Shown: in pieces, positions 1 to 14,542 of the stretch
Layout: the number at the start of each line of letters is the position of its first letter
Numbering within the stretch: the stretch's first letter is position 1
Origin: Eledone cirrhosa
Lineage: Eukaryota
Assembly (NCBI GenBank): GCA_964016885.1
Contig: OZ024758.1
Location: 26,598,001 to 26,662,000, forward strand
Direction: 5' to 3'
Length of the DNA stretch: 64,000 bases
Notes under the pieces: generated by a model
Databases searched by the model: none
Seen by the model: the letters and a program-made list of their open reading frames with translations, nothing else
What the model was told of the DNA's origin: nothing
Made by a program: the position numbers and the translations under genes

Positions 1-228
1 ACCCAGTATTTCTTCTTCTTGTTCCACTTATTCCTGAGAGGGTCTTGGAGGCAAAGTCTTCAAACACTCCTTCCAGCGGCTCCTGTCAGAAGCAACCGTC
101 TCCAATTGATCTGACCAGCCAAGCTCATGGATGTTATCCAACCATGTTGCTTCGGGTCTACCCCTGGGTTTCCTGCCACATGGTTTCACACCGTAAAATC
201 TGTCCACTGATTCTTTCCTGAGACATTC
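1..228 (-). mobile_element. RTE-clade LINE 3' fragment; related copies at 29115-29365 (+), 58655-59110 (+) and more degenerate 37680-38060 (+)
   Basis: Mutually similar segments encoding a degenerate ...GRP..RWLDNI... C-terminus, followed by a shared tail. Confidence 0.6.
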
Positions 229-498
229 TAACCCCAGTATTTAACTGGTAATTTAAATGGATGAAAAACAAAGTTGACCTCTGGGATTTGAACTCGGAAC
301 AAGGAAAGTCATAACTAAACAGCACAAAGTATTTTGTCCAAAACTCTGTTGACACTGCCAATCCTCAGTTTTCATGAAGTCTTAATAATTGTTTCTACTT
401 TTGGCACAAGGCCAACAATTACCCAGAACATTACTGGTACTTTATTTTATCGACCCTGTAAGGATGAAAGGCAAATTCTGATTTAGACACAGGGGCAA

Positions 499-529
<31 letters not shown>

Positions 530-971
530 GTGAGTGTCAATTAAATCAACCCCAGGGCATTACTGGTACTTTATTTTACCGACCCTGTAAGGATGAAAAG
601 CAAAGCTAACTTTGGTCGAATTCAAACTCAGAACTTAAAGGGCCTTAACTCTATGCCACGAAGCATGGTGTTTGACACTTTGCCAATACTGCCAATCCAC
701 TGCCCTTGAAGTCTTAATGATAATTTTGAAATAACTTTCCTCTTCACCTACTAAAACAAAATACTATTAGAGTTTTTTTATCTTATCTATCACTTACTTA
801 TTCCATCACCACTCTACTTGGCCTACTAGAGACAGTGATGTAGTCAATGAACCTACTAGAAATAGAAGGTAAATTTCCTACAAAGTATTTGGACTATATA
901 TCTGATCTGAGGATAAAACCCCTCTAATTAAGCTATGAAATAGCATTTTTTTTTTTATATATCCTAACGCC

Positions 972-1186
972 TTAACCCTTTAATGTTCAAACCGGCCAGA
1001 ATCTACCTCTTTCTGTTGAAACTGGCTGTAACTGGTCGCTCAAACTGATGTTAAGATATTGTTCTCAAAATAAATACTTTCAAAATCTCATAGATTTGAT
1101 ATTATGTGAGATAATTATGCGAGATAAAGCCTTTACTATGAAAATATAATAGTATATATAGTGTAATGTGAATATTAAAGGGTTAA
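972..1186. mobile_element. piggyBac-type MITE family A (~215-240 bp); other copies near 8663-8890, 9521-10277, 17591-18251, 24804-25020, 29421-29823, 34245-34656, 35651-36094, 44280-44485, 46026-46221, 47621-47896, 48085-48340, 48706-48985, 49066-49500, 59170-59360, 63787-64000
   Basis: TTAA target site, TIR CCCTTTAGCATTTA, and a shared internal sequence (ggtaaaggctttacctcacataat...gagaacaataccttaacatcagtatgag...gaacagaaagaggtgagagaattctggc). Confidence 0.85.
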
Positions 1187-1977
1187 TGAAATGTTACGTT
1201 ACACGAAGGACATTTAAAAAGTTTGTGGGAAAACAAAATGAAAATAAAATTATTTTATGTAAAAGTTTCATCTCTCCACATAAGCATCATCAACTAAAGG
1301 CATTTTGTAGGCAATGATATCTGCTATTTACATCGTCTTGATGGAACTCAGAGTCCTGAGAATTTAACCATGTCAAACTAATCGTTTTTACATCACTAAT
1401 GGTCTCAAATTGGGTACTTTTTAAGTTGAGGAAATAAGAAAAAATCAGAAGATGCTAATTCAGTACTGTAGGGTGGATGTCTAATAATTTCCCATCAAAA
1501 TTCCCTTAAGTTTCCCCATGTTTTATGAGAGGAATAAGCAGGGGCATTGTCATGGTGGAAAAGAATTCTCTAATAGAGTTTTCCAGGGTACTTTTCTGCT
1601 AAATTCTGGCTAATTTTCTCAAAACGCTTTGATAATAAGCAACTGTTACTATTTTTCTTCCTTCTAAGATGTTAACTAACAAAATGCCCTCAACATCCCA
1701 AAATACTGATGCTATAACCTTTCCTCTTGAATGGTTCATTCTTGCTTTGCCGAGACCCTTTCCGCCTTTGGGTAACCATTCCTTTGACTGAGCTTTGACT
1801 TCAGGACAGTAAAGCCATGTTTCATCTCCAGTCACAATTCACTTCAGAAAGCCTTCTGGATTTTGATCTCATTTGTTTAAAAGGTCTAAAGAATGCTCTG
1901 CTCTTGTTTATTGTTGATCTGGGTGCAACCGTCTTGGCACCCAGTGAGCAGAAAGATACTCAGCTTTAATTTGTCAC

Positions 1978-2603
1978 TTAACCCTTTAGCATTCCCATTA
2001 ATTTTCAAATGTCATGCATCTATTCACCAGTGGATTGGCAGTATCGGTAGAGGGTCGGACGCCATGCTTTGCAGCAAAGAGTTACGGCCCCTTATGGTCT
2101 GAGTTCAAATCCCGCCTAGGTTAACTTTGCCTTTCATCCTTACGGGATCGATAAAATAAAGTACCAGTAATACACTGGGATAATTGCTGGCCTTGTGCCA
2201 AAAGTAGAAACAATTATGTTGAGTTAATCATTTAATTGCTGGCCTTGTGCAAAAAGTAGAAACAATTATCTTTTGTTTCTTGTTCATTTTGAATGTCGTC
2301 GTGTGTAAAACCTTCAAAGTTGGTATCGCTACTTTCATAAGACATGTTGATACACAAAAAATCTGTTCTACTTTCAACGTTAAAAAAACACGTGTTGTTT
2401 CACTATGTTAAGTGTTAATATTTGCGGTAAGGGCCTAATCTCGCAGTAATCTCGAATTGACAAGATTTTGATGACAGTATTGTTTATTTTTAGAATAGAA
2501 TGATATTTTAGTGAGGGTTTTATTGGCCATTTTCGGCCAGATTGAACAAATGAGGGGAAATAATTGAGGCTGGTTTGGGGCGGTTTGAACACTAAAGGGT
2601 TAA
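1978..2603 (-). mobile_element. piggyBac deletion derivative inserted at TTAA in the mariner; itself carries a SINE (2027-2270)
   Basis: TTAA-CCCTTTAG...CTAAAGGG-TTAA ends. 2290-2600 is the reverse complement of a relative of 46222-46520. Excision rejoins the mariner frame (HTILSDKLKL). Confidence 0.8.
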
Positions 2604-2814
2604 AATTGTGTGAACTGAACCAATCAAGATGTCCAGAATGTGAGCTATTTTTTCTACTGTTAATTGTCGGTCTCCATAAATTAAATCTTGAACAGCATAA
2701 ACTTTTTTTTTTATTTACAAACTGGTTAATGGCCCGCTTGTCTGATCATCATCATCTTCAACTCAATCTCACCCATCTTTGAAATGAATTAACCATTTGT
2801 AAATTGCTGATGTT

Positions 2815-3024
2815 TTAACCCTTTAGTTACCAAATCGGCCGACACCGACTCTGCTTCTATAAAATACAACCATTCATTTTAAAGGTTTCTCATTTAAATT
2901 CAAATTTTCCAGCATAATTTACTATCTTAGTCATGAAATAATTAATAATTTTAGTAAATCCCTCAAAATTCTTCATTAATTATTTAAAATTAGAGTGTAT
3001 TTCATTAGGTCATGAAAGGGTTAA
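2815..3024. mobile_element. piggyBac-type MITE family B; copies near 10388-10500, 24730-25179, 25202-25841, 48588-49069
   Basis: TTAA-CCCTTT...AAAGGG-TTAA ends; shared internal tagtaaatcc/tctcaaaattcttcattaatt...gagtgtatttcattag. Confidence 0.7.
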
Positions 3025-3761
3025 GGGAAGTATTTCCATAAACATTTCTCAAAGCTTCAATGATATCCTGTTTCTTCCAAGTTTTACCATAAATTTGATG
3101 TTGGTTCCTGCTTCAGTTTTGACAGAAGACATGTTGCTTTAAAGGTTTTTAAAATGACATAAATTTCAATTTATTATTTCAAATAACTTCTGAATCACAC
3201 AGGTTAGAACATGTATATATATATATATATGTTTAAGTTGCTGCAAGCAAGTAGCAAAATATTTGCATAGTGATCCCATAAAAGACATTTTCCATGGATT
3301 TTTGGAACGCGCCCTCTCATATATTGTAATACTAGCTTATTATCATCATCATCACCATTGTTTTTCACACTGGTATGAATTGGATAGACAGGTTGGATGA
3401 CTGTTTTACTGATATGTGTGATATAGGTATGGTTTCTGTGACTAGATGTCTTTCCTAACATCAATCACTTTACTATACATACTGAGTGTATTTTATCATG
3501 ACACGAGTTCTACTACTTTACAGAGTAGATTAAGCGCATGTTATTGCAGTACCAGCACTACCAAGGAACAACAGTTTTTACATTTTTTTATATACTTGAA
3601 GCCATTTATAATTTCTTTGCTTATGACAACCTAGTGCTGGTGATATACACAATAAAAGCACCCAGTACATGTTGCAAAGTGGTTGGTGTTAGAAAGTTTG
3701 CCAAACAAAGGATTGGTAGGACCGTCCAGCTTGTGTCAAAAGACATGACAGCTTCTCCTTT

Positions 3762-4195
3762 CATCATCATTTCATTTTATGTTCACTTTCCCTGCTTGCA
3801 AGGGTGGGACGGGAACTGATTCTGGCTTGATTTCTACAGCTGGATGCCCTTCCTAACACCAACCTCATTTACAGTGAGTGCTTGGTGCTTTTTTTTCCGT
3901 GGCGCCTACACGTCCACTTTACAGTGTGGGCTGGGTGCTTTTTAGCCGTGGCACCCCCACGACCACTTTACAGTGAGTGCTGGGTGCTTTTTTTCGCCGT
4001 GGCACCCCCACGACCACTTTACAGTGGAATGATAGCGACCTCAGTCCCTATCATCTCATTTCTACAGCTGAGTAAATTGGAGCAATGTGAAATAAAATGT
4101 CTTGCTCAAGGAAACAACACATCATCTGGTCTGAGAATTGAACTCACAACGTTTCGATTGCAAGGCCAATGCTCTAACCACTAACCCATGTGCAC
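3762..4195 (-). mobile_element. tRNA-derived SINE group B with RTE-type 3' tail; copies at 13704-14050(-), 39945-40350(+), 40850-41185(-), 47150-47360(+), 50115-50590(+), 57121-57497(-), 58202-58555(-), 62683-62937(-), 62966-63355(+)
   Basis: Head tggcttagtggttagagc (A box) and gagttcaattc (B box). Central ccttgagcaagacactt...ccagtttactcagctg resembles Meta/V-type SINE domains. Tail ggttggtgttaggaagggcatccagctgtagaaa...ggacgtaaaa(tga)n is shared with RTE fragments. Confidence 0.85.
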
Positions 4196-4899
4196 TTGAT
4201 AAAATGTATGACCATATGTAAGCAGGATACAGACCAGTAATGGCTTGGTCTATGTAGACCCATCCAGTCCAACCCTTGCTAGCAAGGAAAGCAGACGTTA
4301 AGTGATGAGGATGATGATAATTCAACAAGTTAATGGGATGAACAGCAGGAGAGGTTCAAACACAATGGGGAGCAAGAGAAAAGGCAGTAAAAGTTATTGT
4401 TAGGACTGTTGGAGAAATTGAGTCTGACAATATGGCTGAAATATAATTTTCTACTTTTGGCACAAGGCCAGCAATTATCTCCAGTTTACATTACTGGTAC
4501 TTTATTTTCTCGACCCTGCAAGGATGAAAGGCAAGGTTAACCTTGGTAGGATTTGAACTCAGAACGCAAAGGGCCATGACTCTATGCTGCAAAGCATGGC
4601 GTCTGACGCTCTACGCTGCCAATCCACTGCTGAAATATGATGTGGTGTTTATATGCAGTGCAAGCTTACATTTCATTTTCTTGTACTTTTTCAATCAAGT
4701 ACAGATACCAAAAAAACCGGCATTACTTTCTCCCATAGAAAATTATACAACACAACAATATGCATTTTAAGGCCATTTCCCTTGCTTTAGCAGGGGTTAG
4801 TCATGCGAACCCCTTGACAAGCTTCTCCATTTTGCCCTATTGTCAGCACCCACCCCTCACCAAGCCCCCTATCTTTCTTCCTCCATTATCTTTGGCCAT

Positions 4900-5210
4900 G
4901 TCTTTCTTGGTATTGAAAAATAAATTGATAGAATCACATGAACAATCCTGTCAAGAAGCACTTAAATTGGATGAAAATCAATGTAAAACATGGCCGTTGA
5001 CCATTGAAAGAAGAAAAATAAGTCATAAAGAATGCACGGTGAAAATGCAACGAATGCTGAATGGACTGCAGAACAGGAAATTTGTCATATCACAAAGGAT
5101 TTTATTGATTGCCTGATTACTGAAATAAACTAGAAGATTTCCTCATGAGATTCAGATTCATAGTTCGGATTTCTACTAGATGTGTAAAATATTGCATGGA
5201 AGAGTCATTT
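4900..5210 (+). mobile_element. hAT transposase fossil, middle part
   Basis: Frameshifted pieces RRMHGENATNAE.TAEQEICHITKDFIDCLITEIN.RF resemble the region preceding the hAT dimerization domain; continues at 7925. Confidence 0.5.
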
Positions 5211-5361
5211 TAACCAATTAAAAACACAAAAGAATTGTTAGCTTTATTTTATATATATCATATATTTCCTAGTGAAACTGTTAGTGACCTGGTTGCAGAC
5301 AGTTAGGCAAACATTTTGACTCTAGGAAATAAATGATATATATCCTTGTAAAGTAACATAA

Positions 5362-7650
5362 AGTAACAAAAAGCTCCCAGTCCACACTATAAAGTGGTCA
5401 TGTTGGTGTCACAACAAAAAGCTCCCAGTCCACACTGTAAAGTGGTAATGCTGGTTCACAACAAAAAGCTCCCAGTCCACACTGTAAAATGGTCATGTTG
5501 GTGTCACAACTAAAAGCTCCCAGTCCACACTGTAAAGTGGTAATGTTGGTGTCACAACAAAAAGCTCCCAGTCCACACTGTAAAATGGTCATGTTGGTGT
5601 CACAACAAAAAGCTCCCAGTCCACACTGTAAAGTGGTAATGCTGGTTCACAACAAAAAGCTCCCAGTCCACACTGTAAAATGGTCATGTTGGTGTCACAA
5701 CTAAAAGCTCCCAGTCCACACTGTAAAGTGGTCATGTTGGTGTCACAACAAAAAGCTCCCAGTCCACACTGTAAAGTGGTAATGTTGGTGTCACAACAAA
5801 AAGCTCCCAGTCCACACTGTAAAATGGTCATGTTGGTGTCACAACAAAAAGCTCCCAGTCCACACTGTAAAGTGGTAATGTTGGTGTCACAACAAAAAGC
5901 TCCCAGTCCACACTGTAAATGAGGTAATGTTGGTGTCACAACAAAAAGCGCCCAGTCCACACTGTAAAGTGGTAATGTTGGTGTCACAACAAAAAGCTCC
6001 CAGTCCACACTGTAAAATGGTCATGTTGGTGTCACAACAAAAAGCTCCCAGTCCACACTGTAAAGTGGTCATGTTGGTGTCACAACAAAAAGCTCCCAGT
6101 CCACACTGTAAAGTGGTAATGTTGGTGTCACAACAAAAAGCTCCCAGTCCACACTGTAAATTGGTAATGTTGGTGTCACAACAAAAAGCTCCCAGTCCAC
6201 ACTGTAAAGTGGTAATGTTGGTGTCACAACAAAAAGCTCCCAGTCCACACTGTAAATTGGTAATGTTGGTGTCACAACAAAAAGCTCCCAGTCCACACTG
6301 TAAAGTGGTAATGTTGGTGTCACAACAAAAAGCTCCCAGTCCACACTGTAAAGTGGTAATGTTGGTGTCACAACAAAAAGCTCCCAGTCCACACTGTAAA
6401 ATGGTCATGTTGGTGTCACAACAAAAAGCTCCCAGTCCACACTGTAAAGTGGTAATGTTGGTGTCACAACAAAAAGCTCCCAGTCCACACTGTAAAGTGG
6501 TAATGTTGGTGTCACAACAAAAAGCTCCCAGTCCACACTGTAAATTGGTAATGTTGGTGTCACAACAAAAAGCTCCCAGTCCACACTGTAAAGTGGTAAT
6601 GTTGGTGTCACAACAAAAAGCTCCCAGTCCACACTATAAAGTGGTCATGTTGGTGTCACAACAAAAAGCACCCAGTCCACACTGTAAAGTGGTAATGTTG
6701 GTGTCACAACAAAAAGCTCCCAGTCCACACTGTAAAATGGTCATGTTGGTGTCACAACAAAAAGCTCCCAGTCCACACTGTAAAGTGGTAATGTTGGTGT
6801 CACAACAAAAAGCGCCCAGTCCACACTGTAAAGTGGTCATGTTGGTGTCACAACAAAAAGCACCCAGTCCACACTGTAAAGTGGTAATGTTGGTGTCACA
6901 ACAAAAAGCTCCCAGTCCACACTGTAAAGTGGTCATGTTGGTGTCACAACAAAAAGCTCCCAGTCCACACTGTAAATGAGGTAATATTGGTGTCACAACA
7001 AAAAGCGCCCAGTCCACACTGTAAAGTGGTAATGTTGGTGTCACAACAAAAAGCGCCCAGTCCACGCAATAAAGTGATCATGTTGGTGTCACAACAAAAA
7101 GCTCCCAGTCCACACTGTAAAGTGGTAATGTTGGTGTCTCAACAAAAAGCTTCCAGTCCACACTGTAAAATGGTCATGTTGGTGTCACAACAAAAAGCTC
7201 CCAGTCCACACTGTAAAATGGTCATGTTGGTGTCACAACAAAAATCTCCCAGTCCACACTGTAAAGTGGTAATGTTGGTGTCACAACAAAAAGCTCCCAG
7301 TCCACACTGTAAAATGGTCATGTTGGTGTCACAACAAAAAGCTCCCAGTCCACACTGTAAAATGGTCGTGTTGGTGTCACAACAAAAAGCACCCAGTCCA
7401 CACTGTAAAGTGGTAATGTTGGTGTCACAACAAAAAGCTCCCAGTCCACACTGTAAAATGGTCATGTTGGTGTCACAACAAAAAGCTCCCAGTCCACACT
7501 GTAAAATGGTCGTGTTGGTGTCACAACAAAAAGCACCCAGTCCACACTGTAAAGTGGTAATGTTGGTGTCACAACAAAAAGCGCCCAGTCCACGCAATAA
7601 AGTGATCATTTTGATGCTATAATAAAAAGCACCCAGTCCACACTGTAATT
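5362..7650 (+). repeat. 48-bp minisatellite (~47 units) derived from the RTE 3' UTR unit
   Basis: Unit caacaaaaagctcccagtccacactgtaaagtggtaatgttggtgtca; runs directly into an RTE-type tail ending in (gat)n at ~7803. Confidence 0.95.
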
Positions 7651-7924
7651 GTAGTTGGCATTAGGCATCCAGCCATAGAAATTAAGCCTGAAACAGTTCT
7701 GTATGAGCTAGACGTAGTCATCTGACCTGACTTGTCTCACAATGGGACAACTCATATGACTCGTGCTAGTATGGAAAAATGGACATTAAACAATGATGAT
7801 GATATATATAAAGTAAAGTTAAGAGTGTGTGTGTGTGTTTAAATAGCTAAACTTACTCTTCCATACAGTAATTGTTTTAGTTTCAACACACTTGTCAAGC
7901 AAATAGAATTCTGAAAGTGCTAAA

Positions 7925-8300
7925 ATATGGGAGATGTTCTGACTTAGCAAAGGGCTATGCAGATGATATTGGTGAACCAGAATTATTCAGGGAAATAATT
8001 AAAGACTGTAAAATGTTGAAGAACTGACCAATTTCCCTAAACCTGAATTGGCAACTGATTTACTAACATTTATGATTTCATATATTGAAGATACTCTAAC
8101 AATTCGAGTTTCTCTTGCTAGTTGTGAAAAGTCCTTCAGCAAGCTGAAATTAATTCATGCATACTTGAGAACCTCTGATTCAAGAATGACTTAGTAACTT
8201 GGCAATATTAAATATTGAAAAATATGTACTTAATATCTTAAATTTTCATAGTTTAGTTGATGCGTTTGTAGTAGCAAAGGCACGAAAAGTTCATGCATAA
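7925..8300 (+). mobile_element. hAT transposase fossil, C-terminal dimerization domain
   Basis: Reads VSLASCEKSFSKLKLIHAYLRTS...LSNLAILNIEK...LVDAFVVAKARKV, the hATC ERSFS motif. Confidence 0.8.
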
Positions 8301-9630
8301 TATAATATAATATATTATAATATAATGTAACTGTGGCCTAATGGTAAGGGTGTTGGGCTTATGATCATAACAATGTTCGATTCCTAGGTTGGGTTGTGTG
8401 TTGTTTTCTTGAACAAAACACTTTATTTTACGTTGCCCCTTATACTTAGCTGAAAATGAGTACCAGCAGAAGGTTGTGCTTTAACCCTGTGATGGACTGG
8501 CGTCCTGTCCAGGTAAACTCTCATATTCTCAGTTGCTTCACATCATGGAAACTGAATAAGCACCAGGCTTGAGACAGACTTTAGAACTATAAATATGAGA
8601 ATGCTACTGGTACAAGTTCTTGTTGAGTTTATGTGCACTAATAAAATTTCTTATTTGTAAACTTAACCCTTTAATGTTCAAACCGGCCAAGATTGGCCAG
8701 AATTCTCTACCTCTTTCTGTTGAAACTGGCTGTAACTGGCCACTCATACTGATGTTAAGGTATTGTTCTCAAAATAAATACTTTCAAAATCTTATAGATT
8801 CGATATTATGTGAGATAATTATGCGAGATAAAGCCTTTACCATGAAAATACAATAGTATATCTAGAGTAATGTGAATGCTAAAGGGTTAAGTGATGTTTA
8901 TCAATCTGTTTCATAATTCATGTACACCACAAGAGACACTGGCTTTTCATATAAAACTAGATATATAACCTGTTTATTCTGGTATACACTGGGTATGGCA
9001 TAGTTTCGTGACTCCTGAGGAAGTTATAGAGGCGTTGTATTGACATATGGCATTCCTAGGGCATTTTTAAACCTGGCGAGGACCTATCTCTTCTCCGGGC
9101 CTGAGTACGGCAGATTTCTTCCAGGGAAGGATAGAGAGTGAGAAAGAGATATAGGGGAAAAATCTACCCCAGTACTAGACTGGTACTTTTTTTATTGACC
9201 TCGAATGGATGAACAGCAAAGTTGACCTTGGTGGGATTTGAACTCAGAGAGCCGAAGCGACTACCGCCAACCATTCTGTCCAACATTCTAATGACTAGCA
9301 ATTTGCCACCTTTTTACACTTCGTCTATAACAAATGTATTCAGCAAAATTACTCTAGCATTGTAACTTTGAATAATACTGTAACATTATATATTAAAATG
9401 GTTTACAAATTATATAAATACACTCAGGAGGCTATTAGTTCAGGTTTACAGCTGTGATTTTATATTGTCATATTATTTCTGGAGTGTGCAATACAGTAAT
9501 TAATTTTTATGTTATTATCATTAACCCTTTAGCATTTACATTACTCTAGATTTACAATATTTTCATGGTAAAGGCTTTACCTCACATAATATCGAAGCTA
9601 TGAAGTTTTGATATTATTTATTTTGAGAAC

Positions 9631-10170
9631 AGGAGAGGCGGTTGCGCTGGTATGGACATGTGATGCGTATGAAGGATAACAACTGCATAAAAAGGTGCAG
9701 AGCACTAGAAGTCGATGGAAACCGCGGAGTGGGGAGACCCAAGATGACCTGGGATGAGGTAATAAAAGCCGACCTTACCCAATTACACCTCTCAAAGGCA
9801 ATGACACACGACCGTGACCTCTGGCGTCACGCAGTAATACAGAGTACCCGACCTCCCATGGGTACAAGCTGAAGCATATAGACAATATGCCCCCACACAC
9901 CCCACTGCAAGGTGGTCGTGGAGGTGCCACGGCAAAAAAAGCACCCAGCCCACACTGTAAAGTGGACGTGTAGGCGCCACGAAAAAGCACCCAGCACTCA
10001 CTGTAAATGAGGTTGGTGTTAGGAAGGGCATCCAGCTGTAGAAATCAAGCCAAATCAGTTCCTGTATGAGCAAAGCATGGTCAGCCAACCAGACACTGCC
10101 CACAACAGGACAACCCGTCTAACCCATGCTAGCGTGGAAGAACGGACGTAAAACGATGATGATGATGATG
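9631..10170 (+). mobile_element. RTE-clade LINE, 5'-truncated, inserted in a MITE; other 3' fragments at 15823-16160, 21921-22278, 31317-31853, 32380-32745, 51892-52360(-), 56970-57095(-), 60015-60420
   Basis: ORF end RRLRWYGHVMRM...GNRGVGRPKMTWDEVIKADL...HDRDLWR is typical of an RTE ORF2 C-terminus. 3' UTR ends in (GAT)n. Confidence 0.9.
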
Positions 10171-11327
10171 AACAATACCTTAACATCAGTATGAGTGACC
10201 AGTTACCGGTGGTTTGAACAGAAAGAGATGAGAGAATTCTGGTTGGATACGGCTGGTTTAAATGCTAAAGGGTTAAGTGAGTAATGAGTGACAAAACGAA
10301 CAATCAAAACATTTCAGAGGTGAATACACCAAAAGTGTATTTGCCCCCAGAGTATAGAGAACCCTTGCTAAACCACTGGTAGGACTTTAACCCTTCTATG
10401 ATCATATTTCTAAAGAAATACATCTTTTCAATTTATTAATGAAGAATTTTGACGGATTTACTAAAAATATTATTTAATTTCTAATATAGTAACTTAACAT
10501 ATGACTCTTAAATAGAATTATGTTAGGTTTTTATTCAAATAGGAATAATTTAAATGGGTGGTTTGGGGGTGGGTTGCTGTCCTAGGTCTCTTAGATTGAG
10601 GCTGTCTCTGGACACTACAAACTTTATTTATGTAGAATTTGAAGTTGGTGAAAATCAGCCAAATATTGACCCTGAACATATATATAGGCTGACCCCCTTT
10701 CTGCCATGGTTTTTTTGTGTGTTTCGCATTATTCCTTGGCTTATAGTCAAGTATATCCTGTAAATCTAAGATTTACAGGATAGGAGAGTAACAGCTGGAA
10801 ACATTTTGAATATTAGATTTGAAGCAGATCTCTGGTCAGAAGATAATTTATTCTTTTCCACCAGTCTTGGAGACCCTAAACCAGTAAATTGGTGATATCC
10901 CGCTTGTCCCTGATCAAGTCACTAAAAAGAACATAGTTTCCAATTGCTGTAAAACTTCCTAGTTTAAAAGAAAATTAAGTGTCAGATCCCATTTCACACA
11001 TGAACATTTGTCTCGTTTGATTCAATCAACTGTATAAAGACTATTTTCTGACAATTTATACAAAATAGTCAAATTTCTAAAACTATCAAAACCATGCTAG
11101 CATGTGAAGCAGAAATATAACAATAAAACAACATATGGTAAAACAATAGAAATTAGTAGAAAATATAAGGCATCTTTTCATTATGAGTATTTGAATATCA
11201 TAAAATCTCATTTCCAACCATTACCTATAAATATGAGGCGCTATGACTAGGCAGCAGATCATTATAATAAATAATTATACTCTATTCAGTTGAAGTCTCA
11301 TTGGAAATGTCCTGTTAAGAACATGAA

Positions 11328-13030
<1,703 letters not shown>

Positions 13031-14136
13031 ATTTATGCATAAAAAGAAAGACATTTCTTTTTTGATCAGATAAAGATTTCCATCTTGGTAAAAGTGAATC
13101 TCAATTATTCTTGCATACTAATTTCTTTTTCAAAGTTAGAATTTAACATCAATCTTGTCAAGAAAGCAACCAAACAGTTTTTATTGTCATTTTTATTAGT
13201 TTTAGAATAGTGGACATTCTGTTATTGTTTCCTATAAAGGAACCACATCAATGTAAATTGATTGATTGATTTTATTTCTGCTGTATCTATTATAAAGCAA
13301 ACAATTCTATGACTTCATGCTATATTGAGATCAGTTGGTTATTTTTTTTGTTTTTTTGTTTTTTTCAAAATGAAAGACATTTTTATTAATTTCTATCTTT
13401 CTCTCTTTTCCACTTCGAGTCTATTTTCTGAATTATTGTAATTCTCTCATATTCATTGATGAACGGAAATGTTTAGTTCCTGGAGAAGTAAGAAAGTTTG
13501 AGGCAATGGGAAGCTGAAGCTGTATGCTACAGCTTCATATCTCTCTCTCTCTCTCTGTATATATATATCATCGTCGTTTTAATGTACGCTTTCTCTGTTA
13601 GCAAGTGTTGGCTGGATATATATAGTATATATATATATATATATATATATGTTGCATTTCTTTAAAGTATAAATAAAACAGTCTCCAGTACAAACAATAT
13701 AGATCATCATCATCATCATCATTTCATTTTACGTCTGCTTTTCCCTGCTTGCAAGTGTGGGACGGAACTGATTCTGGCTTGATTTCTACAGCTGGATGCC
13801 CTTCCTAACACCAACCTCATTTTACAGTGAGTGCTGGGTGCTTTTTTGCCGTGGCACCTCCACGACCACTTTGCAGTGAAATAATAGGGACCCCAGTCCC
13901 TATCATCTCATTTCTACAGCTGAGTAAACTGGAACAATGTGAAATAAAGTGTCTTGCTCAAGGACACAACACATCACCCGGTCTGAGAATTGAACTCACA
14001 ACCTTTCGATTGCAAGCCCAATGCTCTAACCACTAAGCCATGTGCCTCCATGTATGCAAAAAGAAATAACAAAGCAAACAACTCAGTACAATGTAGAAAT
14101 ATGTTAGTTTGGCGCTTAATATAGTAGGAAAAGAGT

Positions 14137-14170
14137 ATTAACGTTTCTGACGCTAGTCCTTCGTCAGAAA
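14137..14170 (-). ncRNA. Minimal hammerhead motif, degenerate; same family as 32240
   Basis: Minus strand UUU CUGACGA A GGAC UAGC GUCA GAAA CG UU AA; one stem II mismatch. Confidence 0.5.
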
Positions 14171-14499
14171 ATAGAATGAGAAATTAAAGAAGAAATATAA
14201 AGATAGAGGAGAATAAGCAGTGGCAAAAACGGAAAAAAAATTCTTTGAGAAAAACCAGGTCTATTCAGGCCAGCCTCTCCCTTCCCATACACCTCCCTTG
14301 CTGTAAACATCCCACCCCTTTACCTATGTCCCCAATTCATAAGCACCCATCACACACTGTAAATGTACAAAACAAGCCAAAATCAGTTCCCTGTATAAAA
14401 ATCAAGGTTCTCTGACCTGATCCCTCACAAAGGGACTGCTTGTTCTACCCACACTAGTGTGGAAAATGGACATTAAACGATGATGATGTTATATGTATA

Positions 14500-14538
<39 letters not shown>

Positions 14539-14542
<4 letters not shown>

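Larger units (their letters stand above)
1202..3319 (-). mobile_element. Mariner transposon fossil, Hsmar2/irritans-like, disrupted, with nested insertions
   Basis: TA-flanked degenerate TIRs at 1202-1235 and 3286-3319. Minus-strand pieces read EAGTNIKFMVKLG, SAIYKWL, WVPR, VTGDETWLY, KAQSKEWLPKGG, KVIASVFWDVEGILLV, YYQSVLRKLA, WLNSQD and AYVER. Confidence 0.9.

Noticed and set aside
5398-7622. Cys-rich repeat ORFs (QCGLGAFCCDTN)
   Set aside because: Translation of the 48-bp minisatellite; no splice or start context.
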